Of a stretch of DNA of 64,000 nucleotides, positions 13,880-28,069 are shown piece by piece. The stretch lies in contig OZ024749.1 in the NCBI GenBank assembly GCA_964016885.1, forward strand, positions 53,258,001 through 53,322,000, given 5' to 3'. Positions within the stretch are counted from its first letter, which is position 1; each line of letters opens with the position of its first letter. The position numbers and the translations under genes were made by a program. Source of the stretch: Eledone cirrhosa. Lineage: Eukaryota. The notes beneath the pieces were generated by a model. The model saw nothing but the letters and a program-made list of their open reading frames with translations. It ran no database searches and was not told the origin of the DNA.

Positions 13880-14321
13880 ATATATGTGTGTGTGTGTGTG
13901 TGTTCGTTTTGAACGCGGTGCCTAATTCAAGTCTATATTTCTGATAAATAAAAAACCATACCCATTATAACCCGTTATTCGCGCAAAGTGAATATTTAAT
14001 ATCTTTTCAAGAGGCGTTAAAGCGAATATATAAATACATTATGGGAGGAAGCTAATAGCGATACTCCGGCCAAATCCCAACTCACGCAACAAACATTAGG
14101 AAATAAGTGAGTATATTCCTAATTAAACGTTCGGGTGCTAATTAATTGTATTGTGTGGAAAATTGACTGTATTATTTCATATGAGATATATCAAAAGAGC
14201 TCGTGCCGTTTCGACAGCAAATTCCCGACTTATTAATATATTTACGCTCTACTATACAAAGTATCAAGTACTCTGCTGAATAATGGTCTGTCTTACTAGT
14301 TAAAAAAGGATAAAATCCTGA

Positions 14322-14622
<301 letters not shown>

Positions 14623-14752
14623 TATATATATATATATATAGGAAGGGCGTGTGCCGTCTCTTATGTAAAGTAGTCGCAATTAGTAGACAAAGTAAAGTCT
14701 CTCTCTTCCTAGAGAGTGTTGAAACATCGCACAAACAAGGGATGTAACACCA

Positions 14753-15045
14753 ATAATAATTGTTTCTACTTTTGGCACAAGGCCAGCAATTATTCCAGTG
14801 TATTACTGGTACTTTATTTTATCGATCCCGTAAGGATGAAAGGCAAAGTTAACCTCGGCGGGATTTGAACTCAGATCATAAAGGGACGTAACTCTATGCT
14901 TCAAAGCATGGCGTCCGACCCTCTACCGATACTGCCAATCCACCGCCCTTGTAACACCAATAATAATAATTGTTTCTACTTTTGGCACAAGGCCAGCAAT
15001 TACTCAGTGTATTACTGGTACTTTATTTTATCGACCCCCGTAATA
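14753..15045 (-). mobile_element. Dominant SINE, full copy plus duplicated 3' end
   Basis: 14753-14949 full; 14960-15041 repeats the 3' part; flank tgtaacacc(c)aataataat is duplicated. Confidence 0.85.
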
Positions 15046-15827
15046 ATAATAATATCATGGTTATACATTTATAATAACGTTGTTTCGCAGAACATTTCTG
15101 CGATATTTCCTCCGTTTAACGTCACTTTCTCTCTTTCGAACATTCCACAAGGAACTTGAGCGTTCTTAGAATTACCCTCCATCACCGCAAGGTAAGATAT
15201 GTTTTGTTGATATATTCTTGAATTGGTAAATCTGGTTTAGTAATGCTTTTAACCGTGGTATTGGTAGCTGGATAATTATATTTCGTGTGTTGGGGTCACG
15301 GTTGGGTTGGGGCTTGTATTAATTTACCATTATTTTAATGTTGGGTGAGGTTCCGAGAGGAGTAATGTGTGTGTGTGTGTGTGCATATGTATAAATCTAG
15401 GTATGTGCATGTAGGTTTGAATTTGTGTATATATGTGCATACATAGTAAACACAAGTATGGAACCGTGATGGTTTGTGTGTGTTTATGTGTGTGATGGTT
15501 TATGTGTGTGATGGTTTATGTGTTGGTTTGTATGTGTTTATGTGTGTGTTGGTTTATGTGTTGGTTTGTATGTGTTTATGTGTGTGTTGGTTTATGTGTG
15601 TGTTGTTTATGTGGTTTGTGTGTGTTGGTTTGTGTGTGAACATTCAGACTGTTGACCTTTGGGTTTCTAATAAATATTTACTGATCGGTGTGGACTCAAT
15701 ACTGGCAAACTGATAGAAGAGCCTGGTGCCCAAAGAAGAAAAAAACCCACACTCAATCCATCATTTAAAGTAAAATCTTAGGGAATTACTAACTGTTAAG
15801 TTAAAGTCTGTTCTAAAAGAAGACTTA

Positions 15828-16028
15828 TTAGGCCAGGACTTATCCTCGGTTTCCTTGGCGTTAAGCGACTGAGAATAACCCCCCCCCCCCTGGACATGAC
15901 GCCAGTCTATCACAGGATTAATTCCTCAGTTACTACTGGTATTCACTCTCAGTTGAGTATACTGTAGCGACGTCAAATCGAATCTACGACATTACGATCC
16001 TTTGTCTATCATCCTAACCATTCACCAT
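15828..16028 (-). mobile_element. Different tRNA-derived SINE family, degenerate
   Basis: Minus strand begins atggtgaatggttaggatg...gtagattcgatt (tRNA-like); body unrelated to the dominant family. Confidence 0.45.
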
Positions 16029-16427
16029 GAATTTTAACGGCTCAACAAGAAAATTAGGTTATTTTCTGTGAGAAAATCGTTATTTTTCGTTTGTGAATAT
16101 GCGTGTTTCTGTTGTGAAATGCAATTCCATTTCGCTTTTAATTTATTAGGTGTATAAATGTATTTTCTTCGTGTTTTGGTAGGCGGTTTCATATTGAAAT
16201 AGCCTTGTCGTTAATTTACAAACAGAAGAATATCTTTAGTTCAGCCAATTAAAGTCTTTCTTTCCCCCACAAAAACAGGCGAAGAGAGACACAAGAAATA
16301 AATTGCTTGTGTAAAAGGTCAACTCAACAACACAATATATATATATATATATATTTTCTGTTTAACTTAACCTGGCAAAAGTCCAAAAAAATGAGGACGA
16401 AACGGGAACACGTCCGACCAAAGAAAC

Positions 16428-16810
16428 GATAATAATAATTGTTTCTACTTTTTGGCCCAAGGCCAGCAAGTATCCCAGTACATTACTGGTACTTTATTTT
16501 ATCGACCCCGTAAAGATGAAAGGCAAAGTTAACCTCGGCGGGATTTGAACTCAGATCATAAAGGGACGTAACTCTATGGTTCAAAGCATGGCGTCCGACT
16601 CTCTACCGATACTGCCAATCCACCGTATAATAATAATAATGGTTGCTTATATAGGCTCAAGGCCAGCAATTTTGGGGGAGGGGAAAGTCGATTAAATCGA
16701 CCCCACTGTATTACTGGTGCCTTATTTTATGGACCCCGTAAGGATGAAAGGCTGAACAAACCTCGGCCTCATTTGAACTCAGAACGTAAAGGGTCGTAAC
16801 TCCATGCTAT
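16428..16810 (-). mobile_element. Dominant SINE, two tandem copies
   Basis: 16428-16625 and 16628-16810. Confidence 0.85.
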
Positions 16811-16987
16811 AATAATAGCAGTGGGGATTGACATAATAAAGTAATAAATTAAAACAACAGAATTCCCTAATTGAGAGGGACGGGGATCTCACCCCAGGGG
16901 TAGTTTAGGAACCACACAAATCCAGAATTACCCTAATAGCCACGAGCACCCTAGGGAACCGGCCCCTTCCTCGCTGAACTCGCCAGT

Positions 16988-17468
16988 CTATAGATATATA
17001 CTCAGAGTAGACCCATTCACTCGGGTCGCCCTCGCTACTCTATAGATATATACTCAGAGTAGACCCATTCACTCGGGTCGCCCTCGCTACTCTATAGATA
17101 TATACTCAGAGTAGACCCATTCACTCGGGTCACCCTCGCTACTCTATAGATATATACTCAGAGTAGACCCATTCACTCGGGTCACCCTCGCTACTCTATA
17201 GATATATACTCAGAGTAGACCCATTCACTCTCGGGTCGCCCTCGCTACTCTATAGATATATACTCAGAGTAGACCCATTCACTCGGGTCACCCTCGCTAC
17301 TCTATAGATATATACTCAGAGTAGACCCATTCACTCGGGTCACCCTCGCTACTCTATAGATATATACTCAGAGTAGACCCATTCACTCGGGTCACCCTCG
17401 CTACTCTATAGATATATACTCAGAGTAGACCCATTCACTCGGGTCACCCTCGCTACTCTATAGATATA
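16988..17468. repeat. 52-bp minisatellite, 9 near-identical units
   Basis: Unit ctatagatatatactcagagtagacccattcactcgggtcaccctcgctact. Confidence 0.95.
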
Positions 17469-18129
17469 TATACACACACACATAAATCTGTATATATATA
17501 TACATACACACCCAAATCTCTCTCTCTTTCTCTCTCTCTCTATATATATACGCACATATAAGTCTGTATATATATACATACACACACAAATCTCTCTCTC
17601 TTTCTCTATATACATATATACACACACACACACACACACAGCAACCTATCTATCTATATACACACATATAAATATATATTTATTTATTAATATAGACATA
17701 CATACACACATAAATATATATCTATTTATTAATATATGCATACACACACTCATATATATATGTGTGTGTGTGTGCAATCATACCCACACGTATAAGTGTG
17801 TGTATGTGTATATATATGTATATACTCAAACATATATATATATACATATATATACATGTGGTGCACATGTACTCTAGCAATATATCAAGAAATGCTTACG
17901 CACCCCCTTCTGAGATATCATCAACTTACTGGCGTCTGATCACGATATGTTATGAATAACTTAAACCACTTTTTTTAATGCTGGAAGCGAGCACTGTAGA
18001 AAGACAACAAAACAGCGAAGCAGTCTCTATTATAAGTTCAGTTAAACTAATCTGTATTACTGTAATACAATAAAGTCTTTCCTGGTATATGCAACACAAT
18101 TTGCCAAGCATGAATAACTCTTTTCTCGC

Positions 18130-18470
18130 AATAATAATAATAAATGTTTCTACTTTTCGCACAAGGCCAGCAATTTCTCCAGTGTATTACTGGTGCTTTA
18201 TTTTATCGACCCCGTAAGGATGAAAGGCAAAGTTAACCTCGGCGGGATTTGAACTCAGATCATAAAGGGACGTAATTATGCTGGAAAGCATGGCGTCCGA
18301 CCCTAAATGTTTCTACTTTTCGCACAAGGCCAGCAATTTCTCCAGTACATTACTGGTGCTTTATTTTATCGACCCCGTAAGGATGAAAAGCAAAATTAAC
18401 CTCGGCAGGAATTGAACTCAGAACGTAAAAGACCATAACTCTATGCTGCAAAAGATTTTGTTCGAAGCTC
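18130..18470 (-). mobile_element. Dominant SINE, two tandem copies
   Basis: 18130-18304 and 18305-18470 share private variants (tcgcacaagg, atttctccag). Confidence 0.85.
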
Positions 18471-18919
18471 TTTGTGGATCCCAGATAGCAAGCCAGCCAG
18501 TCTGCACGAACCACAGATCATCTCGAGAAGGTTTAAACCTTGATATGAATCTCAGATAGCAAGCCAGTCTATTTTGCAGTTTATCTTATGTGGAAGGCGG
18601 CACATGAAGCGCCGTTAGCCAATATGAGGAGCCATGAAATGAAGACTCAATATCGTTTCCAGGCGATCGGTTCACATGTACTTAATAACAATATACAGAA
18701 ATATATATATTCTAAACCAGTTAAGCACGGCTATTTATCTGCACAAACTTTTCGGTTTATTGTATATCGATTTTTCGAACTGACAGATCAATATAGCAAC
18801 TGATTCTAATGTCTTGTAAAGTATTTATGGTTTATGTATGTAAATGCAGTCTTGCACTCCGAGATAAACACCGCTATGCATATATAAATACGGTCACACA
18901 CTGACACACACACACACGC

Positions 18920-18986
<67 letters not shown>

Positions 18987-19589
18987 TACAAACACACACA
19001 CACACGGATGCACACATACACGGATGCACATACACGCACACACATTAATAAATATATATGTAGTCATATGTATATACATACATATATTTAAACATATCAC
19101 ATTTACAAGCATACAATATATATGTAGATATATATATATGAGACTCACACATACACATATGTGTAAATACATATATATGGACAATATGGAGGCGTAGTCA
19201 GTGAGAGACAGAGAGAGTGTATGTTTGAGAGAGGGAGAGAAAGTGTGCGTGTGAGAGAGAGAGGGCGGGGAAGAAATTAATGTATAAATTTGTGTTGGTA
19301 TCTTCTCCTGTGTATATAAATGATAGACTTAGCTTACAGGTCACAGTCTGGCTATGTAGTAAGGAATATTCAACATTGTGTTGCAGTCTCAGTAGTCTTG
19401 TTGGTAAGGTGTTTATAGCAATGGGACAATGTATGGCTGCGGATGGAGGGGGGATTCATCACCGCAAGGAATTATAAACATTCAAAGGTGGTGGATTAGT
19501 AGAATTAGTAGAGCGCCGGTAAAATGCCAGTGCATGTATGTACATACTTATGTATGTATATATATGTATATGTATATATACATGTATAT

Positions 19590-20092
19590 AGTGAAAAATT
19601 GAACGGGAACAAAACAGAGAGGCAGTACGAACAAAGGTTTGTTAATTTCACGCTCTTGAGAGTGGGGTGGTGGCGGGGAACGACGTTTCGGGCATAAGCC
19701 CTTCTTCAGGTGAAAAGTGTGTGGGAGGAGAGTTCAAAGGGTGTGTAGGGGAGTGGTGGAGAGACATATAGCAAAAAGGGGGTGAGAGGAAACGGTGCAA
19801 ATGAAATTAAAAATAAAGGCATGATCAAAATAAAATTAAAATGGGATAAAACAGGTGGTGGAAGGGTGTGGGCGTGTAGGGGTGGTGGCGGGTGGAGTGG
19901 GGAGAGGGAGACGGGGTGTCCGAGCAACTCAGGAAACTGGGATAGCTCCGATATAAAACCTGGGGCTCAGTAGTTACCAATGATGTTCTTCTTTTCGGGT
20001 TATAGCTACTGTCGCTCAGAGAGTGGGATTGGCTCAGTGCACAGTCTTTCCTCACTTTAAAGATATCTTCACGCACAGGCATTGCACGATAG
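19590..20092 (-). mobile_element. Probable PLE 3' fragment
   Basis: Pyrimidine-rich (minus strand) region, then a hammerhead core, then a ~90-nt tail ending at a TA-rich tract; small fold-back at the other end (20083-20129). Confidence 0.5.
19681..19712 (-). ncRNA. Minimal hammerhead ribozyme core
   Basis: Minus strand cac-CTGAAGA-a-gggc ttat gccc-GAAACGTC-gtt: intact core, 4-bp stem II, palindromic ACGU stem III; stem I only ~2 bp. Confidence 0.6.
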
Positions 20093-20779
20093 AATTAATT
20101 AATAATTATTAATAATGGTATATCGTGCACTGGCCATACTCGACAACGAGGGGGCAGCCATCATATATGTATGTATGTACTTACGTACGTACACACATAT
20201 GTATGTATATATGTATATATGTACTTATATACATACATATGCGTACGTACGTAAGTACATACATACACATGTACATACGTATGTATATCTGTACTCATGT
20301 ACGTACACATGTGTGTGTGTATGTATGTACGTGTGTATGTATGTATGTATGTATGTGTGTATGCATGTATGCATCTACTTACGTACAAACATACATTCAT
20401 ATATATATATATATATATATATAATAATATATATATATATATATATATGAATGTATGTATGTATGTATGTATGTATCCGTAACTCCTGGAGGCGTAGGGA
20501 CACTGTCGTGACACACAGCGTGTCACTTTAAACCAGATGGAACCCCTCCCCCACCCTCTCTTCCCCCTCGCCCCTTCTCTTCCACCTCGCCCCTTCTCCT
20601 ACTCCCCGCCCTTCTCCTACCATCCTCCCCTCGCCACCCTTCTCCTCCCATCCCCCCACCCTTCTCCATGTCAGAACACAACCAATGAATTGTCATCTGT
20701 CAAAGGTAGTCAGTCTATCACATTCGCGACAAGAACAAAAACATTTTTAAAAAATGGCGACTATATATATATATATATA

Positions 20780-20820
<41 letters not shown>

Positions 20821-21253
20821 TTTGTTGCTGTCATTTTTCTCTAGTGTTTCTATTTTCCCCAGTAAATCACATTTAGTGCAGAAATGGTTGGAGGTCAAGG
20901 TCAGTAAATCACATTAAGTGCCAGAAGTGGGTTGAAGGTCAAGGTTTGGTGTTTCATTCACTGTTGGTTGTGATGGAGAGAAATTACTAAAAATATACAT
21001 TGTCTTGCCAATGGCGTCCCTTTTCACGTCTCGCTCTTATCTTCTTACATTTTTATCGATATCAAAATAGCCATTTCTTAATCGATTTCAAGTGATTGGC
21101 CGGAAAACAAGCTTCTCTATCTCTTTGTTTCTCTTTGTTTATCTCTCTTTCTTTCTCTCTCTCACACACTCTCTCTCTCACACACATATACATACATATA
21201 TGTATATATGTACGTGTGTGTATCTGTGTGCGCGCGTACATTCGTACACGCAT

Positions 21254-21352
<99 letters not shown>

Positions 21353-21689
21353 GCGTACATGCATCTCTGAGACAAGGGATTAAATAATCTAGGGAGGTCA
21401 TCTGCATAAAAACACACCAGTTAAGTAATCTGGAGGAGATGGGGGTAGGAAAATCGATTAAATTGACTCAGTATTTGACTGGTATTTTATTTTATTGAAA
21501 CTCAGAATGTAAAGTGTCGGAGCAAACGCTGCAAAGGAGTTTTGTCTGACGCTCTACCAATTCTGCAAACCCATCTCCTTTCTTGGCGTTGCGATATCTA
21601 TTTCTAATTTAGGAAATTGTAACCAAGTCAATACCACTTGATGTTCACTGTGGTGCGCTGCCATCTTGTTTGTTAGTCACCTGATGGGG

Positions 21690-21965
21690 ATATGTGATCT
21701 TCACTTGGTAATGATATATAGGATTCACCTGACGGTGATATATGACATTATCTTAACTCTGATATTTTACATCTTCCCGATAAAAATGGGATATTCACCT
21801 GGTAAAAATAAGTGACATTTACCTGGTAAAAATAAGTGACATTTATTTGATAAATGTAGGTGACATTCACATGGTTAAACTATGTGACATTTACCTGATA
21901 AACATAGGTGATATTATTCCCTTGGTTAAAATGTGACATTTACTTGTCACAGTGTAACATCCACG
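21690..21965. repeat. Degenerate ~24-bp tandem repeat
   Basis: Recurrent gtgacatttacctggtaaaaataa-like units. Confidence 0.7.
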
Positions 21966-22649
21966 TGACAGCGATAAAAAATATATATAACCCACCATTC
22001 TAATATGACACTGTATTCCTCTGTGCTGCATGTTCATGTTGCACTTGATAACTCTCTGGTTCTGTCATTTTCAATCGGGGGTGGGGAGGGGTGCCCCCAG
22101 AATATGTGTGAGATGTTGTTATTGTCGTTGAGGTTCTAAATCAGTCTTCATCGGATTGACTTACAATAAAACGTGATCCAGCCACCACCACCATCATCAT
22201 TATCCAGTCTCTCTCCAGGCTTAATGTACCAAGGACAACATCATCAAATGTAACCATTCTCTTAAGGCATTATGTTAAGGACCAATTAGCTGCTGTTTCT
22301 AGTAGATTGTTACTCCAAATAAAGATCCTCTCTTCAAGATGAGTATGAAATATAATTGAGAAGGGCAAGAAATAATCCAATTTGAATATTTCGGTCAAGG
22401 CCTGTTGGCGGAATGTTACATTAAAAAGATAATGATGTAAAATGGAGGCCGGAAGTTATGAAGTTGATAACTAGAGCAGAAAATGCCTGCCTACATCTGT
22501 CAATCATCAGAGCAGCAGACACCCAAATATTAGATGGACATAAATTTTATAACCGAATATATCATTTGATAAATACCATAGATATTTGTTGTATTAAACT
22601 ACTCCGAGCTGGGAACAGGCAAAGCCGCCCCAGAAAACATTTAAACTCA

Positions 22650-22700
<51 letters not shown>

Positions 22701-22702
<2 letters not shown>

Positions 22703-22856
22703 GTATTTCCGGCGCCGAAAACGCTTCGTCCTTGAGGACGCGCCCAAATTTTGACAACCAAAAATAAAAAAAAAAATAATGAACAACCTTCGGCCTCCAG
22801 GGCGCATGGAGACTTATTTTAGGGAGAAAAGTAGCGTCTTTGACGCCGGGAAATAC

Positions 22857-22858
<2 letters not shown>
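22701..22858. mobile_element. Tc2/pogo-type MITE inserted in (TA)n
   Basis: TIRs ccgtatttccggcgccgaaaacgct / agcgtctttgacgccgggaaatacgg, TA on both sides. Confidence 0.75.
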
Positions 22859-22903
<45 letters not shown>

Positions 22904-23466
22904 TGTAACATCCAGTTACTCTAGGTTCACCAAAGTGAACATTCGAGGCATAGTTTCCAGTAAGTATAAAGGTGTTGTACTAAGCAGTGTTATATATATA
23001 TGAGAGAAAGAAAGAGAATCCTAGATATCGTCGGACATGTTGTGTCGTGCTCTCGTTTCTACTCTTGTACTACACTTAAATAAGAACAACAAAAATAAAC
23101 AATAACGAGAGAAGACATGATAGAAAATATGGAAGGAAAATGGCGAGTTGGTGTGAGCAGGAAATGGGTGGAGATATTCAGTGAATGAATGGAATAAGAA
23201 TCTAATTTATCTTTCATGTGATGTAATTTAATAAATATTTCACTAAGATGAAAAGCTTCTAGGTTTTTTTTTTACGTAGGCGGAGAAACTACAATTAAAG
23301 CTTATTTATGCAGAATATTTCGGCACATTCCTTTGTGTGTATCGCCTATCACAGGGAAAAATGGAGGTTGTCCTAGATTTACCAGCTTTTAAGTGGTTCG
23401 TAAAAGCCACTTTGTAGGCAGAAGAGTGCCAACATGCTGCTGTGTATGAGTATAATAAATGAGATC

Positions 23467-23506
<40 letters not shown>

Positions 23507-24393
23507 GCTAAAGAAATATCTGTCAATTATATGCAGGGTTGCTGCTGATTTCAGTGTTGTGAGGCACACAGACATAGTATTTAGAGCTAAATGACTGAGT
23601 TATTTCAGAGTTATATGTGACATAGGTAGCCAATTGGCAGTCGTTAGAACGTCCGATGTGGTGTGGTCATTTTTCCGCTTTTCTCTGTAATTTCAGTTCA
23701 AATCCCTCCCAAGTCAACTTTCCCGTTCACCTCTCATAGATCGATAATAAAAAAGTCCAGTACTGAAGACGATTCTCTCTCTCTCTCTCCTTTTCCTCTT
23801 CTCCCGCCTTTTCCTCTCTCTCCTCCTTTCCCCCTCCCTTTCCTCTCTCCCTCCTTTCCCCCTCCCTTTCCCCCATCTCTCCTCCTCCCTCCCCCCGCCT
23901 CTCTCTCCTCCCTCCCCCCGCCTCTCTCGCCTCCTTTCCCCATCTCTCCTCCTCCTTTCCTCCATCTCTCCTCCTCCCCCTCTCTCTCCTGTTCTCCCTC
24001 TCCTCCTGTTCCCCCCTTTCTCTCCTCCTTTCCCCCCTCTCTCTCCTCCTTTCCCCCTCTCTCTCCTCATTTCCCCCCTCTCCCCCCTCTCTCTCCTCCT
24101 TCTCCTCCTTTCCCCCCTTTCTCTCTTCCTTTCCCTTCTCTCTCTCCTTTTCCACTTCTCTTTCTCCTTCTTTTACACTTCTCTTTCTCCTCCTGTTACC
24201 CCCCTCTACCTCTCCTCCTGTTTACCCCGTCTCCCTCTCCTCCTGTTCCACTCTCTCTCTCTCCTCCTTTTCCTCTATCCCCCTTCTCTCTCTCTGGAAT
24301 AAACACCGTACGTCAAGACAACGCCCCTTTCACTCCATCCGAAGTCACAAGTCCACACACACACACACACACACACACACCACACACACACAC

Positions 24394-24424
<31 letters not shown>

Positions 24425-25091
24425 CGTCTCTATCTATCTATTAATCTATCACTGGCTGACTTCAGTGTCAAAACAATCCAACACGAAATCGAACCAGGCA
24501 GGTGCACCTCACAAACCTGCTATAGAATTAAGACATTTATTTCCTCCCACACCTCTCCACTCTTCCCCACCCTACTTTTCCTATTTTCTCATAATACCTG
24601 TGTGTAACTATGATGAAATTATTCAATATCTGTTTATAGTGCTTTCTATAATAATAATAATAATAATACAAAATAATAATAAAAAATTGAAAAAAAAAAG
24701 AAAATATAATTTGGCTTCATAGAAATGTGTTTTTCAGTTGGAATACGTTTTGTCAGTAACTGGATAACATATCTTTATACAATAGAAGAAACTTTATCAG
24801 TTGTATCGATTCTTGTTGTTATTTATGTTTTCCTCGTTGCTGTGTTTACTTAATTAATTTTTTTTCTTCTTATCAGGTGTCTTACATAAAGAATATTGGT
24901 AATATATTTATCACGTAATTTCCACACGTCTACTAAATAGATTCTCTGCATCAAATAAATACCGTGTGCTATTATCTAAGATATTCCATTTGTTGGTCAC
25001 GATATTTACTAATGAACAGCAGCACACGTCATACACATGCTAGCGACGTGATGACAATGAAAGACGACAAATTCCAGTCAAAGTTAAAAAT

Positions 25092-26058
25092 AGTAATAAT
25101 GGTTTCTAGTATAGGCACAAGGCCAGCAATTACCTCAGTGTATTACTGGTACTTTATTTTATCGACCCCGTAAGGATGAAAGGCAAAGTTAACCTCGGCG
25201 GTATTTGAACTCAGAATAGCAAGGGCCGTAACTATATGCTGGAAAGCATGACATCCGACGCTCTAACGATTCTGCCAATCCACTGCCCTGTTAGTAATAA
25301 TGGTTTCTAGTATAGGTACAAGGCCAGCAATTTTGGGGGAGGGGAAAGTCGATTAATCGACCCCATGTATTACTGGTACTTTATTTTATCGACCCCGAAA
25401 AGATGAAAGGCAAAGTTAACCTGGGCGGGATTTGAACTCAGACCGTAAAGGGCCGTAACTCTATACCGAAAAGCATGGCGTCCGACTCTCTACTGATACT
25501 GCCAATAGTAATAATGGTTTCTGATTTCGGCACAAGGCCAGCAATTTTGGAGGACGAGGAAAGTAGATTAAATCGACCCCAGTGCGTAACTGGTACTTTA
25601 TTTTACCGACACCGTAAGGATGAAAGGCAAAGCTAACCATGGCCGGATTTAAATTCAGAACGTAAAGGGCCGTAACTCTATGCTGCGAAGCACGATGTCC
25701 GACGCTCTACCGAGTCTAGTGCCAATCCAAAGCTAACCTCGGCGGCGGGATTCGAACCAATAATTGTCTCCGATTTAGGCACAAGGCCAGCAATTTGAAG
25801 GGAAGTGGGTGTCGATTAAGTCCACTCCAGTGCATTACTGGTATTTTATCAACCTCGTAAGGATAATAGGCAAAGTCAACCTCGTGGGATTTGAACTCAG
25901 AACATAAAGGGCCATAACTCTATGCTGCAAATGGTGTCTGACGCTCTACCGAGTCTACTGCCAATCTACTGCACTTTAACAATGGTTTCTAATTCGAGCA
26001 CAAGGCCAGCAATTTTGATGGAGAGGAGCGGGGAAAGGGAGTGTCGATTAAATTGATC
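25092..26058 (-). mobile_element. Head-to-tail cluster of five dominant-family SINEs
   Basis: Units start near 25092, 25293, 25507, 25760 and 25978. Confidence 0.85.
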
Positions 26059-26250
26059 ACACTTCGTCTCTCTCCTGAAATATTGGTCTTGTGTCTAGTG
26101 AAACTAAATCAATAGTATTTTAGTAAGAACATTAAGAAATCAATAATAATGTGTCCGAGAATAAAAAGCGAGGAGAGCAGATATATTTCAGATGTGTGTC
26201 CAGCGGTGAATATTATCCAGCAACACTCTTTAAGTGATATACTTAAATTG

Positions 26251-26364
<114 letters not shown>

Positions 26365-26419
26365 GAATTATTTCCGTAGGAAAGGTAAAAGAAAAGAGAG
26401 TTCTCTATGTAGGTCCCAT

Positions 26420-26480
26420 ATTATTCTTTCTGACGAATGAAGACAGATAAATGTCTTCAAGAAACCACTGGTAAATGAAT
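26420..26480 (+). ncRNA. Type I hammerhead ribozyme
   Basis: attattcttt-CTGACGA(26430-36)-a tgaagaca gataaa tgtcttca a-GAAA CC act GG TA(26461-73)-aatgaat. 8-bp stem II, 3-bp stem III, stem I 6 of 7 pairs. Confidence 0.8.
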
Positions 26481-26558
26481 TAATTATCTTATGTTGCTTA
26501 TTACATAACTATATATATATATATATATAGTTATGTAATAAGCAACATAAGATAATTA

Positions 26559-26618
26559 ATTCATTTACCAGTGGTTTCTTGAAGACATATCTGTCTTCAT
26601 TCGTCAGAAAGAATAATA
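26559..26618 (-). ncRNA. Type I hammerhead ribozyme, inverted twin
   Basis: Reverse complement of 26420-26480, with one difference in the stem II loop. Confidence 0.78.
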
Positions 26619-27489
26619 TATATATATATATACATTAACAATGTATGACTTCGATCTTATAGATTGGGAATGTCTAGTGCTTCCTTTTGAAAAGAAATCG
26701 ATCTTTTAAAAACTGGTTGCTGTTGTTGATTTGTTCCTTTCCGGAAGAACCGCTAAAGTAACGTGACCACAACTTCTATTTATTTTGGTTATATCCCTTT
26801 GTTTTCGGAAAACAAGTCTCGTCGGGGGTTGACTTTGTTTCACGACTTTCCAAGCTCACCTTCGTATCTTAGAGCATCCATCTTAGATCTTTGGCAACCT
26901 TCATGTCTTGCGTTGAAGAAATGGCTGAAGACCACTTTTGCTTCTAGCACGTCGCTTGCGAAGTGTTGGTTAATATATATATATATATATATATATAATT
27001 ATAGTATATATGTGTGTGTGTGTGTGCGCGCGCGTGCACACGCACACACTGCATTTCCTATCTCAGTCATGTTGCCATAATTAGAAGTCCACTTTCCAGT
27101 GACAAGGTCCTGGGTTCTAACCCAACATTTGTCACTGTAAAAAGTTATTTTTTCAAAGTTACTCATACATTTAATCCTGTATGTCATTAATTCATATATG
27201 CTGAACGTATGGAACGTTTGCCTAAGAGAAACCCTATAATTTATGGCGATTACTGACATTTGGAAGTGATTGAAAAAAGAATGATATTTGAATATCATAT
27301 TTCTAGGATATTATACGTTATACCATATTGTATATCACTTCTGCCAGGAGTTGCAACAGGTAGATAGTATCAACAATGGAAAGAGCAATGGAAACACTGT
27401 TTCCTTGGTCCGATTTGACGAGATTCACCCCACTTGGTAAGCAAATGAGGTCTGCGATCTTGTCGATCGATCAGAGAGAGATATTCTAA

Positions 27490-27675
27490 AGTATATACTA
27501 TATACTATAACATATAGTATACCCTATAGTATACACTATATGCTATAACATATTCTATATGCTATAGTATACACTATATGCTATAACATACAGTATATCT
27601 TATAGTATACACTATATACTATAACATTATATCCTATAGTATACACTATATACTATAAAACATTGTATATCCTAT
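27490..27675. repeat. Degenerate ~36-bp tandem repeat
   Basis: tagtatacactatat(a/g)ctataacat repeated about five times. Confidence 0.75.
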
Positions 27676-27853
27676 GCCGTATTCTTTGTGCTATAGCATA
27701 TTGTATATCTGATAACATATTCGAAATGCTAGAGATAATGTATATCTTATATTATAAGCTGGGAATATTATGAGTAAAGATGGATGTGACCTTGGAGGAA
27801 GAATCAATTCAGACATTAGGAATACACAACTAGTCTAATGGATTTCGTTTCCA

Positions 27854-27970
<117 letters not shown>

Positions 27971-28069
27971 TACCGATTGTGAGAGAAGCAACAAGACTGA
28001 GAAAGGTTTTCATTTCGACATAACAACATAGTCGCTAGCAAGTATTGGTGAAAGTAGACGACTGTAGAA

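Larger units (their letters stand above)
26418..26619. repeat. ~200-bp palindrome centred on (TA)10
   Basis: 26418-26509 and 26530-26619 are reverse complements (1 mismatch). Confidence 0.9.

Noticed and set aside
16988-17468. CRISPR-like appearance of the 52-bp, 41-bp, 48-bp and motif-plus-(CA)n arrays
   Set aside because: No unique spacers, no cas genes, eukaryotic context.
19970-20092. GIY-YIG coding remnant upstream of the hammerhead
   Set aside because: Translation has stops and no recognisable motif.
22385-22515. Minus-strand CTGATGA ... GAAA as a hammerhead
   Set aside because: Stem II arms do not pair.
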